DNA of 64,000 nucleotides from Cyanophora paradoxa CCMP329 (GCA_004431415.1 QPMI01000507.1:1-64000), one strand, 5' to 3'; positions 1-11,881 are shown, numbered from the stretch's first letter. Made by a program: numbers and translations. The notes: generated by a model not told the origin, from the letters alone.

Positions 1-1949
1 AGAGCCGGGGGAGCCCTCCAAGGGGGTTGCTGGAGTACTGCTCCGCAATGCGTCCACGTACCCCCGGAGCTTCCTCATCATACTCCCGCCCGAAGTTGAC
101 CACATGCTTCCAGATCTCCTTCAAGTCCTCATTGCATTCCTTGAACATCTCGTCCCGCAGCATCCTGAGCGTGAGGAAGCTTGATAAACAATGAAGGGAG
201 TGCCCGGGGCAGGTAATTTCACACCGGAGAGTCGTGCGGGGTTCGTCAAAGACGACGAAGTCGGGCTCAACGGGGTCCTTCATGCGGCTGTCAAGGACCG
301 AGCCGTTGACAGAGCCGCCCCTCTGGTTGTGGATATCCTTCATTTCCGTCCACTCTGGCAGGTTGAACATCAGAGGCCGCATGTAGTTCATGTTCTCGCG
401 CCTGCACCCGGGCCCAGTGAGCTGGGACCAGCACAATTTAAAGAACAGGGAACAGGTGCCGCAGTGCATACCACCAGTCTGGCCTGCCGTTCTGCCCCCC
501 GTCTCCTTGGAGCCTGAATTCACGTGGTGGTTCCAGCTGTTCTTCGCGATGGCGAGGCCGTACTCCATCACGTACATGGTCGCCTTCGCCATGGCAAACA
601 GCTGTTGAGGGTCGAGTCTGAATGCAAGCGGAGAATAATAAGCATGCATGCCAAGTGAATTCGAATGCACGCATGCAAATTAAGAGCTCTTAATTTGGCA
701 AGTCTCAGCCAGAAGTAACTGATTGTAGCCTTCCAACATGTACATAGGGATGGCCATCATGGTCTGTAGCTGTCATCGACTGGCGGGTCGCACGAAGGGC
801 ACCTGTTGTACCACTCGAGCATCTCCAGCATCACAGCCGCATCCACGATGGGCTTCGTGACCTTGACATTCACCCACCTGCCCATGGAGTGTTACCGGAG
901 AGAGCAAATACAGAAGGAATGCGTGGGGGAGAGGGCGTGTCCATCACCTCCAATTCTTCTCGACCTTCGGGTTCCGGTAGGATGGGCCCACCATGACGGC
1001 GTCGCGCAGGTCGTTGGGATCTTCGAAGTTGAGCCTCCGCCAGGGAAGGCCGGTGGTGGGGTCCGTGATGTTGCCCTTCGCAATTTCCTCGTCGATCAGC
1101 CGCTCGGTTTCCTCCAGCACGAGCGCCTTTCGGTGGCCGCGCCCCGGGGGTCAGGTGCGGCGCAGGTGAGCAAGAGGAGTGGGAGGGAGCACACGTGGGC
1201 TGTCCAGGTCAGCCGGTTCTCTGCGCCGCAGTCCGAGGAGACCGTGTCGAAGACCCCGAACTCCTCCACGACCGACCTGCAGCTCTGGGGTCACGGAGCA
1301 CGCAGCTGCGAGGCGTGTGCCCCTCGCGCGCACTTGTACAGTTTGTAGCCTTGTATAGTGGAGCGAGCAAGCCCGCAATGCAAGTCCAGGATGAATGTGG
1401 ACGTATTCTCCACGGCCGCGAAGATGTAGACGTTCGTGTACGGCACCGCCTTCTCGTTCTGGTCGAAACCGACACTCCAGCCGAAGAACTTCCTGCGCAC
1501 AAGGCGTGCGTCAGCGCGGCGCGGCGGTGCGGCACGGGCGGCGTGGCGGCGCGGACCCGTAGAAGGTCGAGCGGTGGATGGACCTGCGCTTTTTCGCGAA
1601 CTCGCCCAGGCGAACGTTGCGTCCCGTCGGATCCAGCTCCGCGAGGGCGTGCTGAATCCTAGACTTCGCCACAGTGATGCCGCGGCCCTGAGCGCCCGCG
1701 GATCGCGTCGTAGCCGTATCCGTCGCCGCACAAAGTCGCCGCTTCTTCTACGACATCGTAAACTGCCTCCTTTGAGAGAGAGTAGTCCGTCGAGAGGTCG
1801 AGGTCGCTGAGCTTGTAGCGCAGGGCGCGCATCGAAATCTGGATTTGGTGCTCCTCGTGCAGCAGAGCCACGATCTCCCTCGCCTTTCTCTTCTGAGCCA
1901 CATACTCCTCCAGAATCTCCGGGTCGATGTAAATCTCGAAGCCGCTCAT
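1..1949 (-). mobile_element. Intron-containing DDE integrase-core transposase (IS3EU-like / rva_4-type); 3' end runs off the window
   Basis: Manually joined exons: N-terminal HTH-like MSGFEIYID..GYGYDAIRG / GITVAKSRIQHALAELDPTG, then WSVGFDQNEK..YIFAAVENTS (D1), VVEEFGVFDTVSSDCGAENRL (D2), GPSYRNPKVEKNWR (E), WVNVKVTKPI and AKNSWNHH. Two 1-nt indels near 1680-1700. Element termini not identified. Confidence 0.75.
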
Positions 1950-2633
1950 TGCGAGGCGAACCGCAATGAGCGCCCGCAGCTCCGTGCACTAGGCTATCGC
2001 TGTTTTGGCCGGCTGGGGCGGCTCTCCGGCGGTCTGCCGCCGGCTGTTCCCGCGGTCGAAAAATTCACTGCACCCCCCCTCCCTTGACGCTGTCGTCAAA
2101 ACCGAGTGCTGGGCCGCGTCGGGCGCGCGCAGCATCTTCAGCGACCTAGCATCGCATCCGTGGTAGGTTTGAGCGCTGCCGGCATGCATCTGAGTGCCCG
2201 AGCTGGCGCCCGCACGCTCGACGGGCGCGCGTCCAGGGCAGCGCGCGCGCAGCCCGCCGGCCACACGAACCACTTGTATGTATGATACAAAGACCTCTTA
2301 CGCTACTAGCTCGCCGGCGCCGCGCCCCGGGCTCCTGTTCACTATGCCAGGATCGGCTGCCAGGGACTGCCTGCCTGGCCGCTGCCATGCCCGGTGCATG
2401 TGCCTACGTATTTGTTCCACCAAGGAGCGCCCCGCTCGCCGCCCCCTGCCTTGCACCATGACCATATACAACAATCCCTCCGGGAATTGAAGCAAATGCT
2501 CCTGGGGGGGGTGCACACCAAGGGCCCTGACACTCGGCGGCTTTCGCGCAATCTTTTATATGAAATAAGATCCTAATTATAAGCTCGAATCTTGACCCCG
2601 TAGCTGGTCGCGCCGGCGCCCCCGCGCGCGCAG

Positions 2634-5600
2634 TGAACCGTGTGTCGGCGGGGGCGTTCGGCGCGGACGCCGGGGAGGGCGTCCTGTGCTTCGTCGCCTC
2701 CCCGAAGGACGGGTCCCTCATCGCCGCCGTCGGCGACCCGTCCGCCGCGAATTCGAAGGACTCCCACCTCGTCAAGGTGCACTTTGCGCGGTCGCTCAAG
2801 GCTGCCGCATGTGCACGCGGGCGGGCCGCTGACTCGCGCCACCGCCCGGCTCCGCGATCGATATCGCTTGCGATCGCAGCTCAGCGCGCCGACATGGACG
2901 ACGGTGGCGGCGACGTCGCGGGAGCTCGGCCTGACGCAGGCGGAGGTCGAGGGCGGCCCCAAGGTCCTCCAGAAGGGCGCCATGAACTGCACCATCGACG
3001 CCGCAGGTGCGCATAATTGAATAGAATATAAATATATATTGTACATGTGCTCGCGCTCGAGCAGCTCTTGACGGCGCGTGCGCTGCAGGGCAGTACGCGT
3101 ACTTCGCGAGCTCGCGGGAGGTGATTCAGGTCGACGCCGCCACGCTCGCGACGACCGCCACCTACCAGCTCGATCCGGACAGGGCCTACGGCGTCGTTGC
3201 GATCCACGCCGCCGGCAATCATGTGCGTCTGGCCCCTCGCCATTGGACAATTCATATTAATAATTTTGCGAACTGTATCACAGGTTTACGTCGTCGCTTC
3301 CCGCCGAAGCGCAGTGAGCATGAGCGGCGACAGCCCCGTCGGTCGTGTCGATCGCCTCAATACTGCGGCGGTCTCGGCCCCGACCTCGGGGGCCATGAAG
3401 CGGGACCTGCGTGCCGTGGCCATGCGCCTCGCCGTCAACCAGTCGGTCGATCTCCCCGCGACCCTCGGCCGGCCGCGCGCGTCGGTCCTGGCGCCCACGG
3501 CGGGCCTCCTCTTCGTGGCCGGCGACGGCCTCGGGGCGCGGGTGCTCCGCCTCGACGACATCACCGTCCACGCCGACGCGCCGCGGATCACGGAGGGCAG
3601 CGCCGCGATGGAGGGCCCGTACAGCGGGGCCGTCGTGGAGAAGGACGGGCGCCTCTACGTCCTCTCCCTCCCCAACCCGCCCCCGACCCCGACGCCGTCC
3701 CCAAGCCCTAGCCCGAGCCCGTCCCCTTCCGCGACGCCGAGCCCGACTCCGGCTCCCGTTTGCAATCCCTGCATGTTCAGACGGGCCTTGCTCGCGGCCG
3801 CGGGGGGCGCCGGCGCTCGCGAGGAGCACGGGCGGTCGCTGCTCTCCTTGCCGAGCTGCGGCAATTGCGCGGGCGGACAGCTACCTGCGGGGCAGTCGTG
3901 CACGCAGTGCTCTGCTCCTGCTCCTTATTGCCCACCCGGGGTAATTGGCTGCGGCCCTCCTCCCATGAGAATTCGCCGCTCTAGATCTCTCCTTTCGGAC
4001 GCTGCGGGCGCGCACGCCCTCCTCACGCTCTTCCACTTCGGAGTTTCTGGTAGCTCGTGCGCTTATGCATATATATGTTTACGATTGTTTTCGTTTCTTT
4101 CCATTCATGTGCATGATACCCCGGTATCGTGCTGTTTGCAGCGTGACGATCTCGCGCAATGACACGTATCGCGCTGAGCTCTCGGTGCGCCGAATCGCAC
4201 TTTTGTTAATAAAAAACAAGTCCGACGTGCACATCAACATGTTAATGCTTGATGTCGCTGCGCAGGCCTCCTCTCCGTCCTCCTCGAGCCTGCCCTTCCT
4301 CTTCTTCCCCTGCGCCTCCGTCATCCCCGGCGCCAACGCCGCCCCGACTGACGCGCGCGCCTACGCCATCGTCCCCTCGGAAGGCGGCCACGGTGCTTTT
4401 GCACGCGTTTCTCGGTTTCACTTGCGGAATTCGAAGGACGCTCATCGCTGACCAGCGGCCGCTTGCGCATAGCGATCGCGGCCTTCTCGCTGTATCCCTC
4501 GCTGAGCAAGGTCGGGACCGCCAGCTCGATCAACGGCAACCTCTCGAAGGTCCTGCAGGTGCGACTCGCAATTCGCTTCAGCAACGCTGGCGCCATCTCC
4601 GGTTTTTCCGGCTCTCAAATTCGACTGCCCTTCAGGTGGTCCGCGCGGGGCCGAACAGCGCCACCGTCTTCATGGGGGTCCCGGGGGTGCCGACCCCCAC
4701 GCCGTCGCCCAGCCCGAGCCCGTCGCCGTCTGCGACCCCGAGCCCGACCCCGTCTGCGACGCCGAGCCCGTCGCCGACGCCGATCCCGTTGACGACGCCG
4801 AGGCCTTGCACACTCTCAGAGTCTGCTTTGAAAACAAACGCCACTCTAGATCTCGAGCTCGATCTTTGTCAGCGGGCATTCCCATGTGCGCGAACTGCGT
4901 TGCCAACGCCCTGGCGGATGGAGCAGCGTGCGAGCAGTGCTACCAATGCGTTTCTTGCAACACCCCTTGTCGGAAACGTGCACTGCTTGAGGAGAAGAAC
5001 GTTAACGCGTCGACGGCTGCGGTAACGATCGCAAACCCGACGCACAGGCGCCTATTGGCGGAAGGTGACGGCGGCATTGTGCTCTGTCCGGGATGCAGAT
5101 TGTCGGCCGATTGTGATACGTCAATTGGATTTGTGAGATCAGGAGGCTCCTGTGGCGGTTGCCCCAGCACTAGTCGGCATTCACGTTCAATTCTTGACTA
5201 CGAGAGAGATACTGACACAGGCGAGTGCGATGACTGAGAACTCGAATGACGTGCACGTTACATTAACGTATATTTTTTTTTCAGGATAGCCCAATTCTTG
5301 GGCGGTGGTTGTATTCTCAGACCACTGACTTCATCGTATGCACTACCGGTTCGGAATAGGCCGAACTCTGGGTCAGCTCATGACCTGTGGCCGGTACACA
5401 GGGATAGGCGCTTCGACGCTAACTCTAAGCGTTCAGTGTGGCCTTGGGGGATAGCTTGGGCGGGGCGTCCTTCTTGGGCTCGCGTTGGCGGTACGTTGTC
5501 GGTAGGGGGGGTGGGGGGGGGTGGGGTGGGGTGGGGGGTAGTACAGGCCTAGGGCGGTTGCACGTCCCCCTATCGTTGGGCGTGAGAGGCGCGGGGCGGG

Positions 5601-8600
5601 TGTCCCGGGGGGGCCGGGATGGGGCTCGGTACGTAAGGGAGGGGTGAGCACGGGCTAGGTGGTGGCCCAGCAGGGCCGGGGCTAAGGTGTGGGGCGAGGG
5701 GCAAGGGTGGCCTGATCGGGGGTCTTGAGCGCGCGCCTGGCATTGCTTCACATAGCGTACATGACAGCTGTGTGTCTCGCCCGGGAGGGGAGCCAGGCCT
5801 TGAGGCCGCTCAGGGAAATAGAAAATGATTAAATGAAAGAAAGAAAGAAAGGGGTGGCCGGAGGCCCCAGCTCTAGGAGGGTCCTAGAGAGTCTACGCCG
5901 CTACGTTGTCCGCTGCCGCGGCGCGGCGGCCGGCGAGGTAGGCCTCTACGGCGGCGGGGCCGCCGATGGCCGCCGTGAGCTCGGTGAGGAGCTTCTGGGT
6001 GGCCTGGTAGTTGGCGAGCGTGATGTTGGCCGGGGCGGGGCCGGGGGCGGGGGCCTGGCCCGGAGCGGGTGCTGGGGCGGCGATCGGCGCGGGGGCGGCG
6101 GCGGCTGCCGCGGCCGCGGCGCTGGCGGCGGCGGGGTGGGGCGCGGGGGCGGCCGGGGCGGCGGGGGCGGCGGCGAGACTATTCGTCTTTCATCTCCTGA
6201 AGAGACTCTGGAGGGCACGGGAGGAAGGCGGCGGCGTACATGTTGACGGACGCGATGATGGCCGTGGCGATGTATACGCGCTGGTGGACGCGCATCCCTC
6301 GCAGGTTCCAGCGTGCGCGGCGGCTGCGCATGCCGTCAACGCGCTTAGCCCAATAGGGGCGAGCATCAAAGTCACCATGTGGGCCGAGGGGGATGCCCAG
6401 CGTGGACGTCGTCTTGACCCAGCGGATCGGGATGGACTGGGTCCATTCCGGGAGCACCGTTGGTTGGCCGGGTCGCTTTACCGGTGCTGCTGCGCCCGCC
6501 AGCATGCCCTCGGTTTTGCCCAGGTTGAGCGAGGAACCGTTGTATTTCCCCGCTTTCCGGTACTTAGCTATGGTCTTCTTGACCGGGCGGCCGGGATCGG
6601 GGCTGCGGTGATCGATCTTGAGCGAGTGCGCCGCGTCGTCTGCATATTGGACTAGCTTGGATTCGATCCGGGGTTCTCGGGGGGCGGGTACACCGGTAAT
6701 TTCCGGGTCGGCGAGGATGTCGCGTGTGGTGGGCTCCTGTTGCGTGTTGAAGAACATACAAGCGAAGGGGTCGCCCTGAAGCGCGCTGCGTGTCACTGGG
6801 ATGATGATGGGGAAGATGGTCCCGTTGATCATCAGTTTTGATCTCGCGCCTTTCGTGACGGCGCGGACGTCGGCTAGGAATTCCAGTGGGAATCCCTGTA
6901 CTGCGAGGACGCGGAGTGCATAGAGGTGCTCCACACGGTCGTACGCTTTCTCGAAGTCGGTGTTCAGAATGACTACGTGCATGCCCTGCCGATCCGCATG
7001 ACGGATTACGGCTTGCATCTGCCAGACGTTGTCTGAGCCGCAGCGGTCCTGCATAAAGCCCGTCTGCACGGAGCTGATCGTGTGCTGGCATGCGGGTGCA
7101 ATGCGCTTGGCTAGGACCGCCCCGAATAGGCGGCGGTCGATTTGCAGGAGGGTGATCGGGCGCCAGTTCTGTATCTTATCGCGGTCGCCCTTCTTATAGA
7201 GCAGTTGGATCAGGCCCGTGCGCTGGCGCTCGGAGAGGGTGCCCAGGGCCCGTGCGCAGTTATAGCTCTCCGTGACTATCGGGCCGAGGATGTCCCAGAA
7301 CGTGATATAGAATTTAACGGTGATGCCGTCCTCGCCCGGCGCCGTGGACTTATTCATGTCTTTAAGGCACGTCTCGACTTCGCCGACCGTATAGGGGGCG
7401 CGCATCGGGGGACGCAAGTGCGGGGGCGCTGTGTCAGTGCAGCGGGAGAGGAGCTCCGCCTCCTCGTGGGAGAGGGGGTCCTCGGGCGTGAGGAGGTAGG
7501 CCGCGCGGAGCTTGGCCACCACCTCCGGGAAAGCCTCGGCGGCTTCCGGGGTCACGTCCACTGGGCCCGAGAGCCCTGTGTTCGTTCTCGGGCGAGCGTC
7601 GTCCGGCTCAGACCCCGATGCATGCGAGCGAGCGCCGTCTGGCTCAGACCCCGCGGGTGTAGCTGGGCGAGCATAGGAATGCTCTTGCGCCCGTGGAGCT
7701 GGCGGGGCCGGCGGATTCGACCGCAGTGGCGGAGGCTGCGGCAGGGTCGCTGGGAGGTCGGGGGGGAGCGGACGCTGTGCCGTGAGGAGCTCGGTGTAGT
7801 ATGCGCAGGCGTAGGCCGCCATGTCCTCCTCCGTCGTCGCCGCGGGGGTACCCTCGCTGGGGGGGTACGGCTGCAGGGAGCGCATGCGGTTGTCAGCCGA
7901 AGAGTACTTGATGTGGCGGGCGAGGTCCGGGGGGACGGTGTGCGCGTGCGCTAGGGAGCGCTCTAGGTGCTTGCGAGAGCTAAGAGCGGCGTCGGCGGCG
8001 TCTAGCGCGGCTTCCTGAACGGTGAGGTAGCCCATGTCGGCGATGACGTAGTCTTCTTCAGTCGTGTTTGGCTCGGCGTCTTGGAGCGCCTGTTCCGCGT
8101 CGCGCCAGAGGCCTGCATTCGTATCGCGCGCTTCGCGGCGGGCCGAGTCAGCGTGCGGGCGGGATCGGCGGGCGAGCTCCCTGTACTCGGCGAAGAGGTC
8201 ATCGAGCCATCGCTGCCAATCTGCGGTGTTACGGGCCGGCTGGCGCTGGAGCGCGGCGGCCGTGAGCTTCCGGACTTCCCTCTGGAAGTCGGGCAGGCGG
8301 AGAACGCTGTCGAGGAGCCGGAAGCGGGACTTGCGGGGCTCCAGCACGGCGTCGGTATGCAGGCGCGCGTAGACGGCGTCGTGGTCGGGGCGTGGGGCCG
8401 CGCCCGCCGTGCGGAGGATGCCGACGCGTTCTGCGGCTACGCACAGGTCAGCCGAGAGGAAGACGTGATCGAGGCGCGCCGCGTTCTGGTCGAAGCGGTT
8501 CGTCTTGCGGTGCCAGCGCGTGTAGATGCGGTCGCGGGGACGCCGGCGTCGGTGCTCATCAAACAGGTTCAGGTCTGCGAGGAGGGTTTTCCAGTGCCCG

Positions 8601-11460
8601 AACGGGGGCGGGGCGCCGGCGCGGCGCCGGCTCTCTAGATGCGGGAGTGCGTAGGCATTGAGATCGCCTCCGAGGATGAGGGCGTCGTCCGGGGGGATCG
8701 CCAGGGATTCGATCGCAAGGGTTGCGCCCTCCGCTAGGCGCTTCTGCGAGGCAGCGTCGTTAGGCGCATATACGCAGATGATATGATACGCGTTTGTATC
8801 GCTTTCTAGGCGCAGGACTGTGACGTCGTGCGGCGCGACGCCGGGCGTGGAGGGGAGGGGGACGAGCGCCGCGGTCGCTCCCGGGAGAGCCGGGATGTTC
8901 TTGCGGACGAGGAAACCCGTTCCTCTGCTCCAGATGTTGGGTTTGAGCTCTGCGGCCGGCGGAATGAGCACTCGCCAAGCGGGTTCGATGCGCTGGGCAA
9001 AGTTCGCGATCTGGCGCGGGCGGAGTCGGTGGTCTATGATGCCCAGGACGTCCACTTTGGTGCGTTTGAGCCAGCCTGCGAGCCAGATGCGGCGAGATAT
9101 GCCTGCGAGGCTTTCGACATTCAAAAAGGCGACCGTGAGGAGGGGGCGGGTCGTCGGGGCGTCCTGGGGCGCTTCCGACGTGGTTGCTGCCTCTGTGGCG
9201 GTACTTGCCGCCATGGGAAGGCGGCTGGGCGGCTGGGGGAGGCTGCAGCTCGCGTTCGGTTGAACTAAGCTACGGAGCGTCGGCCGCGCGAGTTTTGGGA
9301 CCAGCCACGTGCAGTGCTAGCGGGCACCCGCGTTTGGGAAGCCCCACTGCGCCGGCTTACTCGCTCGCGGGCCTTCGCTCAATTTTCCGGGGTACCGGAA
9401 TCCACATTAACGTATATATACGTATGCAAATGCAGGACGCTCACGTCGCTCTCTGTTGGAGGGAGTAACCACCTGTTCCGGGGCCATGGCCAGCTGCCCG
9501 TCGATCGTCCAGTTTTCGCTTCCCGGTGATTGCACATTCAAAGATGCTCATCGCTTTCATAACACTCGAGCGACTGACCATTTCATATTTTTGCTTTTCT
9601 TTCAAACTCGCCAGACTCCTGCTGCAAGCTTGGTATGACGCTCATAATCAATAATCAGTTATCTATAAAACTAATCATGCTCCTATTCATTTGTAATTGC
9701 GCAGACGTCACGTGGGGCGCGATCTCGCCGGTCAACAGCAGCTCGCTGGACGGCACGGTCGCCCGCACGATCGCCGGCGCCGGGTTCCCCACCGACGACC
9801 CCGCGCTCTCCCTCGCCGTCGGGAGCGTCGTCGTGTCGAACCTCGCCGTCGCCTCCAACGGCTCCCTCCTCAGCTTCCTGATCCCCGCCCCGTCCCAGAA
9901 CCCCAGCAACACCGCCGCCGTCGGTTCGAATTCGCGCTGCCGTGAAATGCCATTTCGCCACTGGCCATGGATTCACCCATTCGGACTTTTCGCAGAGACG
10001 CTCTATGACATCGTGCTGAACACGTCGTGCGGCGTGGCCACCTTGCCCAAGTCGTACATCTTCTTCCTCCCGGTATTTTTCCCCGCCGAGCCGACCAAAC
10101 CCTCGTCCGACGGTCATTGTAAATTTGCGCATATGAATTGTTCTTGCAGGGCGGCACTGGGAGCCGGCTGCAGGTCATCGGGATCCGCAAGCGGGTGCCG
10201 GTCGTCAGCAACGAGACAGTCGCCATCAGCTGCACGGTTCGGGTCGTTGGACTGCAGATGAAGTCGTTCGACTCACGATCGCTCCGGACTGCGCATGCAG
10301 GGCTGCAACTTCGACCCGAATGATTTCGTCGAGGTGCTTTAGTTTGTAGCTTTCAGATCGACTTCGATCCCATTCGAAATGGAATTCCGAATTTCGCGAC
10401 GGCGACGCAGGTGTACATCCAGATCCCGGCGGCGAACAGCCGGGGCTGGGTCATCCCGGGGCCGGCCGGCTCGGGCGCGTACATCTACCGCGGGCCGGCG
10501 GGGACGTGCGGCATGAAGGCCCCGAACGCGACCGTCGTCTCCGGCTCGCAAGTCGACTTCGCGTCGCCCGTCTTCAGCGCCGCGTGCATCAAGGACAACT
10601 TCCGCCGCTCCGCGCTGCAGGCGGACCAGAGGGCGCTCAACACCCCCTACGGTGCGCTCGCGATCGAATCTTAAGCTAAATATAAATTTAAACTTGCAGG
10701 AATACATCTAAATGCATCTAGATCTACATTACTCTTGCAATTGTCTCTGACGAATCCCCTGCAGACGTGGTGCTGGTGTCCGCGCAGCAGGGCCCCTTCT
10801 TCATTCCTGCGGTGGGTCACGCACGGCTATCTTCTAATTTCCCATTGAAAATCTGCGCGCTCTAATCATGCGTGGAATTGCCGTTTCGCAGGCGTTCGAG
10901 TGGTTTGATGTGCCGGTGGGCGTTCCCACGACCTTCGCCCCGTACCAGTCCATCGAGACGAACGTGCGCACACTCGCGCAACGTACTACGGTATGATCGC
11001 AAAACTCGCCTGATCTGGGGCCGCGCAGGGCCTACCGGGGTACGCGCCGGCGGTGATCATCCCCGTGGTGCTCGTCATCTGCCTGGTGGGGGTCTTCACC
11101 TACCGCCGCCGCTGGCGCCGCCTCCGCGAGTTCGTCGACGTCCAAGTCGCGTTCGCCGGGCGGGCGCCCGGGGCGGAGAGCGTCGCGGCGGCGATCGCGT
11201 CGTCGCTGCGGGCGCCGCGGGTGGCGGCGGTCGGGCTGAAGGGCGACGGGCGGGGGGCGGTGGTGCGGGTGCACGACGCGCAGCACCGGTCGACGGGCGA
11301 GGTGCGCCGCGTCACCGAGGAGGTCCTCGCGTGGGCGGCCAAGGCCGGGCCCGGCTCCTCCCTCGCCGGGCGCGAGGTCGCCTCTGTCCAGCTCCTCGGC
11401 CAGCCCGCCGCCCTCGACGGCCTCGAGGGCGGCTTCTTCGTCAACCGCGTCTCCATCTAG
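2634..11460 (+). CDS. Type-I membrane surface protein, copy 1 (beta-rich ectodomain, two Pro/Ser hinges with Cys-rich cassettes, IPT/TIG-like domain, TM, cytoplasmic tail); possibly disabled
   Basis: Exon-by-exon match to 31572-36458 on the minus strand. PTPSPSPS hinges at ~3680-3755 and ~4690-4800. IPT-like AISPVNSSSLDGTVARTIAGAGF at ~9715. TM IIPVVLVICLVGVFTY-RRRWRR at ~11055. Frame shift at ~4815, LINE in the 5221-9435 intron, and no signal-peptide exon seen upstream of 2634. Confidence 0.7.
5273..9403 (-). mobile_element. Non-LTR retrotransposon (L1/Tx1 clade), antisense inside an intron
   Basis: Poly(A) tail seen as T-run 5273-5281. TSD ACATTAACGTATA at 5260-5272 and 9404-9416. Contains an APE+RT ORF. 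Confidence 0.93.
6179..9214 (-). CDS. LINE ORF2: APE endonuclease + reverse transcriptase (1011 aa; C-terminus appears truncated)
   Basis: APE motifs FLNVESL, VYAPN, LGGDLN, RLDHVF, PDHDAV. RT motifs APGEDG, LLYKKGD..NWRPITLL, DFEKAYDRV, QGDP, YADD. No C-terminal CCHC domain. Confidence 0.95.
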   Translation of the reverse strand: MAASTATEAATTSEAPQDAPTTRPLLTVAFLNVESLAGISRRIWLAGWLKRTKVDVLGIIDHRLRPRQIANFAQRIEPAWRVLIPPAAELKPNIWSRGTGFLVRKNIPALPGATAALVPLPSTPGVAPHDVTVLRLESDTNAYHIICVYAPNDAASQKRLAEGATLAIESLAIPPDDALILGGDLNAYALPHLESRRRAGAPPPFGHWKTLLADLNLFDEHRRRRPRDRIYTRWHRKTNRFDQNAARLDHVFLSADLCVAAERVGILRTAGAAPRPDHDAVYARLHTDAVLEPRKSRFRLLDSVLRLPDFQREVRKLTAAALQRQPARNTADWQRWLDDLFAEYRELARRSRPHADSARREARDTNAGLWRDAEQALQDAEPNTTEEDYVIADMGYLTVQEAALDAADAALSSRKHLERSLAHAHTVPPDLARHIKYSSADNRMRSLQPYPPSEGTPAATTEEDMAAYACAYYTELLTAQRPLPPDLPATLPQPPPLRSNPPAPPAPRAQEHSYARPATPAGSEPDGARSHASGSEPDDARPRTNTGLSGPVDVTPEAAEAFPEVVAKLRAAYLLTPEDPLSHEEAELLSRCTDTAPPHLRPPMRAPYTVGEVETCLKDMNKSTAPGEDGITVKFYITFWDILGPIVTESYNCARALGTLSERQRTGLIQLLYKKGDRDKIQNWRPITLLQIDRRLFGAVLAKRIAPACQHTISSVQTGFMQDRCGSDNVWQMQAVIRHADRQGMHVVILNTDFEKAYDRVEHLYALRVLAVQGFPLEFLADVRAVTKGARSKLMINGTIFPIIIPVTRSALQGDPFACMFFNTQQEPTTRDILADPEITGVPAPREPRIESKLVQYADDAAHSLKIDHRSPDPGRPVKKTIAKYRKAGKYNGSSLNLGKTEGMLAGAAAPVKRPGQPTVLPEWTQSIPIRWVKTTSTLGIPLGPHGDFDARPYWAKRVDGMRSRRARWNLRGMRVHQRVYIATAIIASVNMYAAAFLPCPPESLQEMKDE

Positions 11461-11881
11461 GCGGCCCGCCAGCCGCCGAGCTGTAGATGCAGCAGGCCAG
11501 GGTCGAGAACTACTTGCAAATTGGCTTTAATTTGACGGTTTGCAATTGATCGTGCTATAGCTAGCGCTCATATTTCTGGTAACTAAGCATGCGCATGCCC
11601 TGCAGCTGGTAGTTTCGAGTTCGTATGTTTCGCATCGATGGTAGTTTCGAGTTCGTATGTTTCGATCGTACGTATACGTATACCGGCACCATGCATATGC
11701 ATATGGCAGCAGCTATATATATATATGTGTACACATGTATATATATACACGCAGGCCTAGCCTACTAGGCTAGTAGCTATAGGCAATTGCAATTGCAACC
11801 TGAGGGATTTTAAATTTCGTTCTTTTCGAATTCGACAACTAGGCAATTTCGACTTCAAATAAATTTGCATCCCGCGGCCGG

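Noticed and set aside
11608-11665. 25-bp direct duplication GGTAGTTTCGAGTTCGTATGTTTCG
   Set aside because: Simple local duplication with no evidence of function.
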